From IMG/VR virus record IMGVR_UViG_3300020469_000036, positions 7,731-71,730 of that record: a stretch of 64,000 nt of DNA; one strand, 5' to 3'. Numbering within the stretch: position 1 is the stretch's first letter; each line of letters opens with the position of its first letter. The translations under genes were made by a program, and so were the position numbers. The notes under the pieces are model-generated. The model did no database searches, was not told where the DNA came from, and saw only the letters and a list, made by a program, of their open reading frames with translations. Positions 17,238 through 26,715 of this stretch are shown here, piece after piece. The DNA is from a virus.

Positions 17238-18422
17238 TTAGAATGGGACTGGACCGTCTTTGTCGAGTAGTTCAGCAGCTGGGGTTTCCTCGGCATCAGG
17301 ATCAATTTCTCCTGCGTCAATCTTAGTATAAAGATCAAGAAAGGCATCTCGTGTTTCGGTTTCAAAGCGAGAGATACACATCTTGATTGCGGTAAGGCGG
17401 TTACCAAAGATAGAATAGGCTTTAGCAATATGGCAGAGTCGGCGAGTAGAAACCACTTCATCAACACCGTCATCATCAAAGGTCTTTCGAATGATCTTGC
17501 TCCAAGCAACCAATTTGGTAATAAATTCCGAATCCTCTACGTCGTAACTGTTCATGTGCTTTCCAACAATCTTGGATTCAATAGGGGATGATGGAAAGGA
17601 CTGTTCAATGTTAGCAACGAAACGTTCAAGAAAGGCTTCATCAATAACCTGAGCTGCAACAAATCGACCATCATCACTGCCTTGACCTTTTGTATTTGCA
17701 GTGGCAATAATGTTAAATCCATTTGCAGGAGATACCGTTTCCCCTGTCTTTTTAATCAAAACAGGGTTACCTTCAAGAACACCTTGCAAGCACATTATCT
17801 TGTTTGATCCTCTGTCGATTTCGTCGATAAGAAGAATGGCTCCTGCTTCCATGGCCTTGATAACAGGGCCTTTCTGAAAAACCGTTTCTCCGTTAATAAG
17901 ACGAAAGCCACCGATCAAATCATCTTCATCCGTCTCAGGTGAGATCTGGACTCGAACATATTCGCGCTTGGTTTTAGCACACGCTTGCTCGACCATCATG
18001 GTCTTGCCGTTGCCGCTCAGGCCTGAGATATAAACTGGGAAGAACCTTTGTGAATCAATAATCTTCTTGATGTTCTTGTACTCGCCCCATTGAACAAAGT
18101 TTTTATTAACGGCTGGAACATAAACCTCTTCACTGTGAACGCTGCGAACGGAACCACTGGACATTTGAAATGCAGTGTTTGTAGTTGGTGCTGGAGCAGG
18201 AACCGGAACCGAGATTGGCGCTTGACCGTTTTCAAAGGCTTCAAGGTTCCAAACCCCTCTCTTGCCTGCAGAGGCTGAAGGAATAAGGAAAGTTGATTTG
18301 GCACTGTTGTAACTATGGCCATTCTTTCGAGCGGCGGTGTATACGTCAGAAGTCTTGGCAACAGGAAATTTGCCCATTGCTTTTAGTTCATTTATGGTGT
18401 TAATCACGTTATCGTTTTTCAT
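17238..18422 (-). CDS. cobS: CobS/MoxR-like AAA+ ATPase
   Basis: GLSGNGKT, DEDDLIGGFRL, LLIDEID, ATANTKGQG, EAFLERF, STRRL. Confidence 0.9.
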   Translation of the reverse strand: MKNDNVINTINELKAMGKFPVAKTSDVYTAARKNGHSYNSAKSTFLIPSASAGKRGVWNLEAFENGQAPISVPVPAPAPTTNTAFQMSSGSVRSVHSEEVYVPAVNKNFVQWGEYKNIKKIIDSQRFFPVYISGLSGNGKTMMVEQACAKTKREYVRVQISPETDEDDLIGGFRLINGETVFQKGPVIKAMEAGAILLIDEIDRGSNKIMCLQGVLEGNPVLIKKTGETVSPANGFNIIATANTKGQGSDDGRFVAAQVIDEAFLERFVANIEQSFPSSPIESKIVGKHMNSYDVEDSEFITKLVAWSKIIRKTFDDDGVDEVVSTRRLCHIAKAYSIFGNRLTAIKMCISRFETETRDAFLDLYTKIDAGEIDPDAEETPAAELLDKDGPVPF

Positions 18423-18454
18423 AATGTAGTGGAGTGTAGTTTGGTTACTAGTAT

Positions 18455-18483
18455 ATTATACCACAGTTTTCGGTAAATGTAAA
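18455..18483 (-). promoter_or_regulatory. sigma70-type early promoter
   Basis: TTTACA-N17-TATAAT followed by a short C/A-rich leader. Confidence 0.75.
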
Positions 18484-18498
18484 TAATAAAGTTACCCT

Positions 18499-20802
18499 TT
18501 ATGATATAAGATCGCTAAATTTGGATAGAAACACACGGGATGTCCGCTTGTCTCTGTTCTGAGTGGAAAACTTTTTAGCAAGTTTGTTGACATCAGCTGC
18601 TTTACTATAATCAAGATCTTCTTCTACTTCAAGCTCAGTGTTTTCAATCCTCACCCTACTTGTTTCAATAATAAAGTATCCGTCATATCCTAAGCCGTCC
18701 TCAATAAAGAGGGTCCTGCTTTTGTCTTTTACACACTTCTTTCGCAACTCCCTGTATTCCTCTGTACCTTGATACCAATCGGTCGCCTTAAATTTAGATG
18801 AATGAGTTATTGCAGTAATCCCTGCGCTCTTGGCGTCACGGCATTCTCCAAGAAAGAAGCAAATCGCGGAAGAACCCGTCATCTTTTTAAAGTTAAGAAC
18901 AAGCTGCCTATAAGTTGACTGCCGGTGACGAGCTCTAAAGGCATCAGGCCCAATTAAAGTATTACCCCAACGAACATATTCCTTTCTAGCTGAGTAAGAG
19001 TAATAGCCTTTAGGTGCATCGCCATTGGCCACCATAGGTTTTTCAAACTTTTCGTTTTCATCATCAGAAATATAATTTAAAGCGCTTGACTCGCCATCAG
19101 TAAGAAACATGGTGTGGAGCTTTTGAACTTTGTGCTGAGCTCGAAACTTATTTACAATTTCCGCAGCGATGAACACGGTATCAAAAAGAGGGGTTCCTCC
19201 TAAAGACTCAAGGTCGCTCTGAAACGTATTGCCCCATGATCGCGATCCAACAAACAATTCCTTACACGCATCTTCAAATTCTCTTTTGCAAATACTTGAG
19301 TTTAACAGCTCAAAGACGTGGGTTCCTGATAAGGATACCGTAGTGCCAACTTGGTCGGCAAGAATCTCTTTCTCTTGGCGCCAATTTCTTCCAGTTGTAA
19401 AACCGTAAACCTCGAAAGGTATGCCAATTGCTTTACAAAAGAAAGCCAATTGAAGGGCTTGTTCGATCACATCGTGAAGTACTCTACTCATACTCCCGCT
19501 CCAGTCAATAAAGAAGACCATTCCGTGATCCTTTGAAGTAGCCAATTTGGTAACCGACTTAAAGATCTGCTCTTCATACTTGTAAGAATGAAGTTTGTTT
19601 GGGTCAATGGCTCCGGTAGAGGAGCTCTGTGCTCGAGAGTATTCGTAAGCAGACTTTTTACGCTCAAATTCTCTGACAAGAAGAGCAACACTCTTTTTAG
19701 AATCTTTCTTGAATGCTGTCCACGAATGATCCTCATTCAGATCTGTCATCAGATTATTGTATAATGAAAGATTCACCCTTCTTCCCGCTCGGACTTTATC
19801 AAGAGGGCAAATGCATTTCTCTATCTGCTCACGACTAGGAGCATCGGCGTAAATTGTTCCGTCCCAGTCTTCTTGGGAGTTTTCCAGTTCTTCATCAAAG
19901 GCGCGCTGGGTTTCTGAAATGGCATCGGAATAGTCATAGTCATCATCACCTTCACTGCCGACGGAATTTTCTTTTCTCAATGATTCTTCAGCTTCTTCGT
20001 CTTTATTAAGAGTGTCGGCTGTTTGATCAGATTCATCTTTATCATTTTCGTTTTGATCTTGGTCAGAAATAGAATCATTTTTATCACCGTCTTCTTCATT
20101 CATTGAAGGGTCAGGCGTGTTTCCACGAATGTCAATGTCTAGACTATCATCATCTCCACCATCCTCTCCAGAATCTTTCCCAGGGTTGAACGGTTCTTCT
20201 TGTGTCGAAGGATTATCTTTTGGAAGCTTAGAAATAATCTCTCCGCAAATATCAAGTACCTCTTCGTAGGTTTCAGCCTTTAAGCAGCGGTTGTAAATCT
20301 CTGTTTCCCATTCGTCAAACTGCACATTAATAAGATGGCGGAGTTTACCTTTAAGGTTAAGACGATCAATAAAGTTAAGTTCATTGACGTCCCGTCCTCT
20401 TATTTTAAAGAAGTCATTATTAAGAAGATGGGTATAGCCTTTTGTAAATGCTCTTACCAAGCCAGGGAATGCAGCAAGAATCTTACGTTCAATACGAATG
20501 TCCTCAACAACATTGGCGATATCAAATGGAGCCTCTTTACCAAATCGCTCGTGGTATAATTTAATACCATCTTGCGGTGTCCAATGCGCGTGTCCTACTT
20601 CGTGTCCGACAAGAAGGTCGGAGACATCCTTTGATTCAAGGTTCCAAGTGGGAAGACCTAGTACACGCTTCTTAACATCAAAGAAAGCGGTTTTGTAATT
20701 CCCTTGGCGGACTCGGATGTTCTCTTTAGCAAGAAGCTTGGCGAGTTGCCGCTGATGCTCAAAGCTAATGTTATGCTGTGGCTGATCAAGTGTATCTAAC
20801 AT
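18499..20802 (-). CDS. CobT-like protein: N-terminal HExxH domain, acidic linker, VWA domain
   Basis: HEVGHA, NVVEDIRIE, DWSGSM (MIDAS), GGTPL, LTDGES; adjacent to cobS. Confidence 0.85.
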   Translation of the reverse strand: MLDTLDQPQHNISFEHQRQLAKLLAKENIRVRQGNYKTAFFDVKKRVLGLPTWNLESKDVSDLLVGHEVGHAHWTPQDGIKLYHERFGKEAPFDIANVVEDIRIERKILAAFPGLVRAFTKGYTHLLNNDFFKIRGRDVNELNFIDRLNLKGKLRHLINVQFDEWETEIYNRCLKAETYEEVLDICGEIISKLPKDNPSTQEEPFNPGKDSGEDGGDDDSLDIDIRGNTPDPSMNEEDGDKNDSISDQDQNENDKDESDQTADTLNKDEEAEESLRKENSVGSEGDDDYDYSDAISETQRAFDEELENSQEDWDGTIYADAPSREQIEKCICPLDKVRAGRRVNLSLYNNLMTDLNEDHSWTAFKKDSKKSVALLVREFERKKSAYEYSRAQSSSTGAIDPNKLHSYKYEEQIFKSVTKLATSKDHGMVFFIDWSGSMSRVLHDVIEQALQLAFFCKAIGIPFEVYGFTTGRNWRQEKEILADQVGTTVSLSGTHVFELLNSSICKREFEDACKELFVGSRSWGNTFQSDLESLGGTPLFDTVFIAAEIVNKFRAQHKVQKLHTMFLTDGESSALNYISDDENEKFEKPMVANGDAPKGYYSYSARKEYVRWGNTLIGPDAFRARHRQSTYRQLVLNFKKMTGSSAICFFLGECRDAKSAGITAITHSSKFKATDWYQGTEEYRELRKKCVKDKSRTLFIEDGLGYDGYFIIETSRVRIENTELEVEEDLDYSKAADVNKLAKKFSTQNRDKRTSRVFLSKFSDLIS

Positions 20803-20826
20803 AATATAAAAAGTTGGATATTAACC

Positions 20827-21066
20827 TTAAAGGAAGTTGTAGATTTTAGCGTTTTTCCTTGCCACCTTTATGCAGGTGGTGGCATCCTCCGATCCAGCCT
20901 CGAATTGCTCCGAGTAAACCAGCTTGGAGACGGGAGCCTCCTTACGGAATTCCTCCAGTTTAGCTGAGCCGTCAGCAAATTCCGAATAACAGGTATAAGT
21001 CCCATGCAGGGCGTTAATGTGATAGGAGGAATTTAAGAGGCGTGTTGGGTTAGCGGCTTGAGTCAT
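20827..21066 (-). CDS. Hypothetical early protein
   Basis: Start MTQAANPT, downstream of the repeated early promoter. Confidence 0.6.
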   Translation of the reverse strand: MTQAANPTRLLNSSYHINALHGTYTCYSEFADGSAKLEEFRKEAPVSKLVYSEQFEAGSEDATTCIKVARKNAKIYNFL

Positions 21067-21104
21067 AATATAGTAGGTGGTGGGGATTGTAGTACCGTTA
21101 CAGA

Positions 21105-21167
21105 TATATTCTACCATATTTCCGCAAAAATGTAAATACTAAAATGCTAAAAAAGAGCATTTTTTTC
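21105..21167 (-). promoter_or_regulatory. Strong early promoter, copy 2 of the 63-bp repeated element
   Basis: TTTACA-N17-TAGAAT; about 4 mismatches to 6048-6110. Confidence 0.85.
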
Positions 21168-21333
21168 ACAATCCCCCAGAATACGGGGGTTCGAAGACCA
21201 GTTTCCTAGTAAATCACGAGAAATGGGTAGTTAATATCTAAAAGCAGTATAATTTACCTACTAATCCAAAACGAGCCACTTTTCACAGATTTCACAATTG
21301 TAACTCGTTAATAACAATAGAGTTACAATCTTA

Positions 21334-23055
21334 CTATGTAATGGATTTCACGTTTGTAAAGTTTTGGCGGCGTTCAAACTCGATCTTTCGCTCGAACTTT
21401 CCTTCAAGAAGATCCTGCTTGTGGCTAATAACGCATACCCGTGTTTCTTCATCAAGGGTATTCATAATCTTCAAGAGATTGTCAATTCCATCAATATCAA
21501 GGCTTGCATCAAATACCTCATCAAGCATAAGCAAGTTTGTATTTGCGGAGTTCTTCATTTTGGCGATTTGTCTCCAAGCAAACAACAAGCTTAAATCTAT
21601 CCTCTGCTTTTCACCTTCAGAAAAAGATGAATATGAAAACGCATCGCGGTGTCGAGACTTGATTGTTTCAGTAAAGTTTTCGTCAAGCTCAAAGCTAACA
21701 AAGAAGTCAAGTACTTGAAGGTAGTTGTTAATCAGCTTGTTCATTACTGGAAGGTATTGCTGAATAATCTTAGTCTTGATTCCGGTATCCTTTAACAGTT
21801 CAGAAAGAACTTCATTATAATGTCTTTCCTCAATCAGAGCAGACTTATCGTTACTGATTGTTTCACGTGATTCTCTAAGATCGTCAAGATCGGCCTTTGC
21901 GGTTTCCAAGTCTTTATCCGAGGATATTGAACCTTTTTGCTTTTTAAGTTCATCTGCTCTTTTATTGAATTGAGCAATCAGAGACTGGTTGGTAGTTAGC
22001 GTATGATTAAGCTGGAGAATACGATTAAGCTCTTCTTGACTATCTTTAAGATCGGAGGTAGCCTTAGTAAGATGCTGTTGAAGAGCGGCTTTACCGTCCA
22101 CGAGTTTACCTCTCCACTTTTTACTTTTCTCAATCTTGTTTTCGCAAAAAGCTTCGCTCAATTGCTGCTGACAGGTCGGGCAAGAACGGTTATCAGTATA
22201 AAACTTAATGTCATTATCAACCGTACTAATGTTTGTTGCAATTCCTTTATCACTATCGCTGATGCTTGCAATTGATTCATTAAGCTTGTCGACCTTTGCT
22301 TTAGCAACAGGATACTTTTCCTGATACTCTTCAAGCAGCTGCTGATTACTTTTAATGTATACGTCAATCTGCTCTTCAACTTCTTTCAGTTCTTCATCAT
22401 ATTTTGCGTCGTTACTTTCGCCAATCTTTACCAATTTGTCAATGTGTTTATTTTGCATTGCCACTTTAGACTTGACCAACTCCAGATCGTGTTCGGCTTC
22501 AGTTAACTTATCCTTAAGCTTACCACTCGATTCCTTTAGCACTTGGTTCATCTTCGAGAAAATACTAATATCAAGAAGATCTTCAATTACCGCCCGTCTT
22601 TGATAAGTAGGCAGCTGCATAAACGGAACAAAGTTTGAACTACCAAGAACCACAACCTGGTGAAAGCTTTTATGATTAAGCTTGAGGATGTTTGTTTCAA
22701 GTAGCTTTTGATAATCCCGTGAATGTGATTCTTGGTTAATCATTTCACCGTCAACCCAGATCTCAAAGATGTTAGGTTTAATACCACGAACAATCTTGTA
22801 TTCCTTTGTGCCGATACTAAACTCAACTGTTACTTCGCACTTCTTTCCGTTGATACTATTAACAAGTTGAGGCTTATTAATTGCTCTATGGGGTTTACCG
22901 AAAAGTCCAAAGCTTAACGCATCAAGCATAAGACTCTTACCCGAACCATTATGTCCAACGATCAGCGTTGAACGAGAATCCATGAAGTTAATCTTAATTG
23001 GGTTTGATCCCACACTAAGAAAGTTTTTATATTCCACTGTCTTAAAATTAATCAT
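21334..23055 (-). CDS. gp46: Recombination endonuclease ATPase subunit (Rad50/SbcC-like)
   Basis: GHNGSGKS, CPTC zinc hook, FSEGEKQRIDL, LDEVFD, ISH. Confidence 0.97.
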   Translation of the reverse strand: MINFKTVEYKNFLSVGSNPIKINFMDSRSTLIVGHNGSGKSLMLDALSFGLFGKPHRAINKPQLVNSINGKKCEVTVEFSIGTKEYKIVRGIKPNIFEIWVDGEMINQESHSRDYQKLLETNILKLNHKSFHQVVVLGSSNFVPFMQLPTYQRRAVIEDLLDISIFSKMNQVLKESSGKLKDKLTEAEHDLELVKSKVAMQNKHIDKLVKIGESNDAKYDEELKEVEEQIDVYIKSNQQLLEEYQEKYPVAKAKVDKLNESIASISDSDKGIATNISTVDNDIKFYTDNRSCPTCQQQLSEAFCENKIEKSKKWRGKLVDGKAALQQHLTKATSDLKDSQEELNRILQLNHTLTTNQSLIAQFNKRADELKKQKGSISSDKDLETAKADLDDLRESRETISNDKSALIEERHYNEVLSELLKDTGIKTKIIQQYLPVMNKLINNYLQVLDFFVSFELDENFTETIKSRHRDAFSYSSFSEGEKQRIDLSLLFAWRQIAKMKNSANTNLLMLDEVFDASLDIDGIDNLLKIMNTLDEETRVCVISHKQDLLEGKFERKIEFERRQNFTNVKSIT

Positions 23056-24137
23056 AGTGCATCTAGGGTTTGAGCTTCGACGTAAAGCTCTTGAAGTTTA
23101 TTTTTAATGCGATCTCGATTCAAGTCAGTTTGAACCGAATCCACATATGTATTTAAAAGGGTGATTGTATCAGTTAACTCAAGCGCAGTTTCATCTACGT
23201 TTTCGGAAAGGTATTCGTCAAAGTTTTCAACAATCTTTAAATCAAATGGATTCCTAGCAACAATTTCATCAATGTATTTGTCAAAAAGAAACGGGTTCTT
23301 CTTGTTAACCACAACCACTTTAATGTATGATCCACTTACCACATCAAAGTTAATCTTTTTCAGCTCCGCCGCAACATCATCGGTTGAGTTAATGTCGTCA
23401 TATCGCATTCGGTTGTAAATCGTAATCTTATTTCTAACCGGAGTAAGCTCCCGTGTTTCGGTATCAATTACGTGAAAGTATTTTGGATCATCGCAGTCAG
23501 CCCAAGTAAGCTCATAAGGAGTACCCAGATAATGAACGTTACCCTTTGTACTTTTTGTATGATAGTGACCGCTCATCACGGTTTCAAATCTGGAAAAGAT
23601 ATCCGATGCCATTCCATGGCTAGAAGACTGAACGCCTTTCATCATATCAAATCCTGCAAGCTCAAGGTGGCCACCAAGAAACGGTGCCTTTACTGTTTTG
23701 ATAAAGTCAATACACTCTTCGTAATTTTCTTCATTGATCCAAGGTAGTAAACCAATATCCAAGCCATCATAACTGACTACCGTTGGATCCATGTGAAGGT
23801 TAATTACGTCATCGTAATGACTAAGAATTTCTGTTAAGCTATTTAAATCATTTGTGTTTTTGTAGAAAACATCGTGGTTGCCTGGGATCAAATCCATGGT
23901 CATACCTTCTTCTCTAAGGCGATCAATGAACATACTTCTGTTACGGGCAAGTACCTTGATATTGGCAAACCGCCGATGATCAAAGTAATCACCAAGGTGA
24001 AGAATCTGTGTGATACCGTTCTTCTTGCAGTAAGGAAAGAATACTTCTTCGTAAAACCTTTCTGCGTAATTTAAGAAGATCTCACTGCCGTTCTTAACAC
24101 CGGTATGTGTATCTGTAATTACTACTATCTTACTCAT
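23052..24137 (-). CDS. gp47: Recombination endonuclease nuclease subunit (Mre11/SbcD-like)
   Basis: DTHTG, GDYFD, GNHD, GHLEL.GF, SGHYH. Confidence 0.97.
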   Translation of the reverse strand: MSKIVVITDTHTGVKNGSEIFLNYAERFYEEVFFPYCKKNGITQILHLGDYFDHRRFANIKVLARNRSMFIDRLREEGMTMDLIPGNHDVFYKNTNDLNSLTEILSHYDDVINLHMDPTVVSYDGLDIGLLPWINEENYEECIDFIKTVKAPFLGGHLELAGFDMMKGVQSSSHGMASDIFSRFETVMSGHYHTKSTKGNVHYLGTPYELTWADCDDPKYFHVIDTETRELTPVRNKITIYNRMRYDDINSTDDVAAELKKINFDVVSGSYIKVVVVNKKNPFLFDKYIDEIVARNPFDLKIVENFDEYLSENVDETALELTDTITLLNTYVDSVQTDLNRDRIKNKLQELYVEAQTLDAL

Positions 24138-24765
24138 CTTCTTTAAAGAATTCGTTTAAAGGACCGTTGGTGACAGCCTTTTTTGCAGGACGTCCACGTT
24201 TCTTTTTCTTTGGTGGTGGTTTGTCCTCGTCTTGATCGACCCAGCAATCATCGTCCCACATGCCATTGCGGTGACGCATTCTTTCAACGATTGATTCACC
24301 AATGGCGTTAATATCGTCGGTACCAAATTCGGCAAAGGCATCAATAGAAGTGTTGTCGATAATCCTTTGCTTGATTTCGGTTTGTCGCTTTTCCTTTGCG
24401 ATTCGACGAAGAAAGCAAAAGTAACTGATTTGAGTAAAGTAACTAAAAGCGTTTGGAACACCGGTACGGGTTGGCTTATCAATATCAAAATTGTTAATCA
24501 CCTTAACGCAGTTTTCTACAGCATCCATAACCATATCCTCTCTGTAGGTATAGTTAATAAAGTTGGGGCTACGGGATAAACCATTTGCGATTTTATAAAG
24601 ACATAAACCAACATAATCGGTTATTGGTCTCGTCTCTTCGCCTTTGGCTTCGTCTTCTTTTACTCCTCGGACATGCGCCGCTACAGCTTCTCCGAATTCT
24701 TTGTTATTAACGTAGTCAACAGAGTCCTTTCTCCGCCTAGTACGTTTCTTACTTGGATTTGGCAT
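24130..24765 (-). CDS. gp55: Late-transcription sigma factor
   Basis: YVNNKEF, PNFINYTYREDMVMDAVENC, NAFSYFTQI.YF.FLRRIAKEK. Confidence 0.96.
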   Translation of the reverse strand: MPNPSKKRTRRRKDSVDYVNNKEFGEAVAAHVRGVKEDEAKGEETRPITDYVGLCLYKIANGLSRSPNFINYTYREDMVMDAVENCVKVINNFDIDKPTRTGVPNAFSYFTQISYFCFLRRIAKEKRQTEIKQRIIDNTSIDAFAEFGTDDINAIGESIVERMRHRNGMWDDDCWVDQDEDKPPPKKKKRGRPAKKAVTNGPLNEFFKEDE

Positions 24766-24771
24766 ATTCTA

Positions 24772-24800
24772 ATTATATCAATAAACAGGACTTATGTAAA
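24772..24800 (-). promoter_or_regulatory. sigma70-type promoter, leaderless, for gp55
   Basis: TTTACA-N17-TATAAT-N6-ATG(24765). Confidence 0.8.
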
Positions 24801-24843
24801 TAAAAATCAGCTAAAACTTTTTTAACTTTTCTTACTTTTATCC

Positions 24844-24872
24844 TTTACATGTTTATCGAATTTTGGTATAAT
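24844..24872 (+). promoter_or_regulatory. Plus-strand (antisense) sigma70-type promoter
   Basis: TTTACA-N17-TATAAT with TG extension; no credible plus-strand gene downstream. Confidence 0.65.
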
Positions 24873-24904
24873 AATCTTATCGAGATTTAAAACACTGCTG
24901 AAGT

Positions 24905-25216
24905 TTAATCCAGAGTTTCATCCTCGAACATCTTGATTCTATAGTCAGTATACTGATCATAATACTGTTTCTTCAAGGCAATTCCTGCAGCCATCTCTGA
25001 TTCAATTCGTTCGTCAAGAATCAGGAAAGGAACATTAAAGCTAAAAGGATAAAGTGGTTCAACCGCGAAAGGTTCAAATACAAACGCATTAATCAGGAAC
25101 AAACCATGTTCATCGCTGCTATGGTATTCACCAACAATGCATCGACCAGCGGTAGTTGTGATTGCGCGGATATCGACATTGTTAAGGTAGTTAAGGTAAT
25201 CGTCACTTGGTATCAT
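24905..25216 (-). CDS. Hypothetical protein between uvsW and gp55
   Basis: 103 aa; usual syntenic position in T4-like phages. Confidence 0.6.
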   Translation of the reverse strand: MIPSDDYLNYLNNVDIRAITTTAGRCIVGEYHSSDEHGLFLINAFVFEPFAVEPLYPFSFNVPFLILDERIESEMAAGIALKKQYYDQYTDYRIKMFEDETLD

Positions 25217-26714
25217 CAGGCATATTCATTTGAATTTCAAAAACTTTGTAATTGAAACCTTCTCTAGTATATATCTCAATTCTTTCCTGCGCATGTTTCA
25301 TTGTATAGTTCTTTCTTTTGCGCCATGAAAGGTTGTCGGATATATCGTAAATGGTAGTACCCTGGCCGTCATCTGACTTTCTTAGTCCTCGACCAATACT
25401 TTGCAGAACTCTGATTTGACTTTTTGTTGGCGCTGCAAATACAATGTTGTGAAGGTTTTTAATGTTAATGCCTGTACTAAAAGTTCCTGCAGAAGCAACA
25501 ATAATCGCATCCTTTTCCGATTCGGTAATTTCACGAATCGTTTCTCTTTCAGTGGCGTTAACTTCTCCACTAACATAAAAGATTTTTCTGTCATCGTCAG
25601 CCATTTCTTTTATCATATTATAAAGTGGCTTACCGTGTTTCTTGACAAGATTGAATATCACCAAGCTGTTTCCTTTTTGGCTTAGTGCCAACTTTGATAT
25701 AAACTCGTTGCGCAGCGGATGCTCTACAATGGTTGCAATCTCCGCCTGATAATCCATCTTAGCGGCAGCCTTTCTCAACACGTCATCATGCTTTAAAACA
25801 ATACATTGAATCTTAAGATTGGCGAGTGTGTCGTTATCAATAAGGTTCTTTGTAGTAATCACTTTGTGTATAGGACCAAAGTTTCCAATAAGAACAAGTT
25901 CATTACACTGGCTTCCATCTAAAGTACCTGTTGTACCAATTCTATATCCAGCACCTGACAAATTGTTCATGATAGAATTAAGGCTTTTAGCTTTGAACAA
26001 ATGTGCTTCATCCCCTATCACCATACCGTATTGAGTGAACCATCCTTTACCACACTTAATAGCGCTTTGCCAAGTAGTGATAACAACATTAGCTTCAAAG
26101 TTGTGCTTCTCCTTTCCTGAATAAATTTGGTGGCACAACACATCAGCATCAAAGGTTGGGTCGTGCGAACTATAATCAGCAAAGTCCTTTTTCATTTGCT
26201 CTACCAAGGAAGTTGTTGGAACAATAATCAGAGCTCGGTTCTTGTAATTTGCTAAGAAGTATCTAATCATTAAATAAATGATAAGACTTTTTCCTGAACC
26301 CGTTGGACTAATAATAAGTGACCGCCGTTGTACTATAGATCTAATAAACGCTTCAACTTGGTAATCCCTTGGCTCAATCTTTTTACCACCAGTTCTAATA
26401 TCAAGCGAGTTGATAAACTCTAAAAGCTCTTCCTGTTCTGGCACGTCTTTCGGCTTTAAATCGGGATCAAGTTTAACTTCATAGCCACGTTCGGATATAA
26501 ACTGCAAAGACTTGTAAAGCAAGCCATAAGGAAGGGTTCTTCGCCGAGCATCGTAAAGACGAATCTTACCGTCCCAAATTTTGTTGCGATACGCGGGCAT
26601 AAATTTATACCCGTCCACGTAGAAAGTAAACGCCTCGGCCAAATCCATTAGTGCGCCACTGTCGTCGCTGTCTAACCGAATAACCGATTCATCTATCTTT
26701 TCTACAGTAAACAT
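25203..26714 (-). CDS. uvsW: UvsW DNA/RNA helicase
   Basis: WDGKIRL, PRDYQ, SPTGSGKS, DEAH, GTTGT, LQSIGRGLR; start MFTVEKID. Confidence 0.96.
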   Translation of the reverse strand: MFTVEKIDESVIRLDSDDSGALMDLAEAFTFYVDGYKFMPAYRNKIWDGKIRLYDARRRTLPYGLLYKSLQFISERGYEVKLDPDLKPKDVPEQEELLEFINSLDIRTGGKKIEPRDYQVEAFIRSIVQRRSLIISPTGSGKSLIIYLMIRYFLANYKNRALIIVPTTSLVEQMKKDFADYSSHDPTFDADVLCHQIYSGKEKHNFEANVVITTWQSAIKCGKGWFTQYGMVIGDEAHLFKAKSLNSIMNNLSGAGYRIGTTGTLDGSQCNELVLIGNFGPIHKVITTKNLIDNDTLANLKIQCIVLKHDDVLRKAAAKMDYQAEIATIVEHPLRNEFISKLALSQKGNSLVIFNLVKKHGKPLYNMIKEMADDDRKIFYVSGEVNATERETIREITESEKDAIIVASAGTFSTGINIKNLHNIVFAAPTKSQIRVLQSIGRGLRKSDDGQGTTIYDISDNLSWRKRKNYTMKHAQERIEIYTREGFNYKVFEIQMNMPDDTK

Positions 26715-26715
26715 A

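Noticed and set aside
17238-20802. cobS/cobT as cobalamin auxiliary metabolic genes
   Set aside because: This MoxR-ATPase/VWA pair is common in marine T4-like phages and no other cobalamin genes are present.
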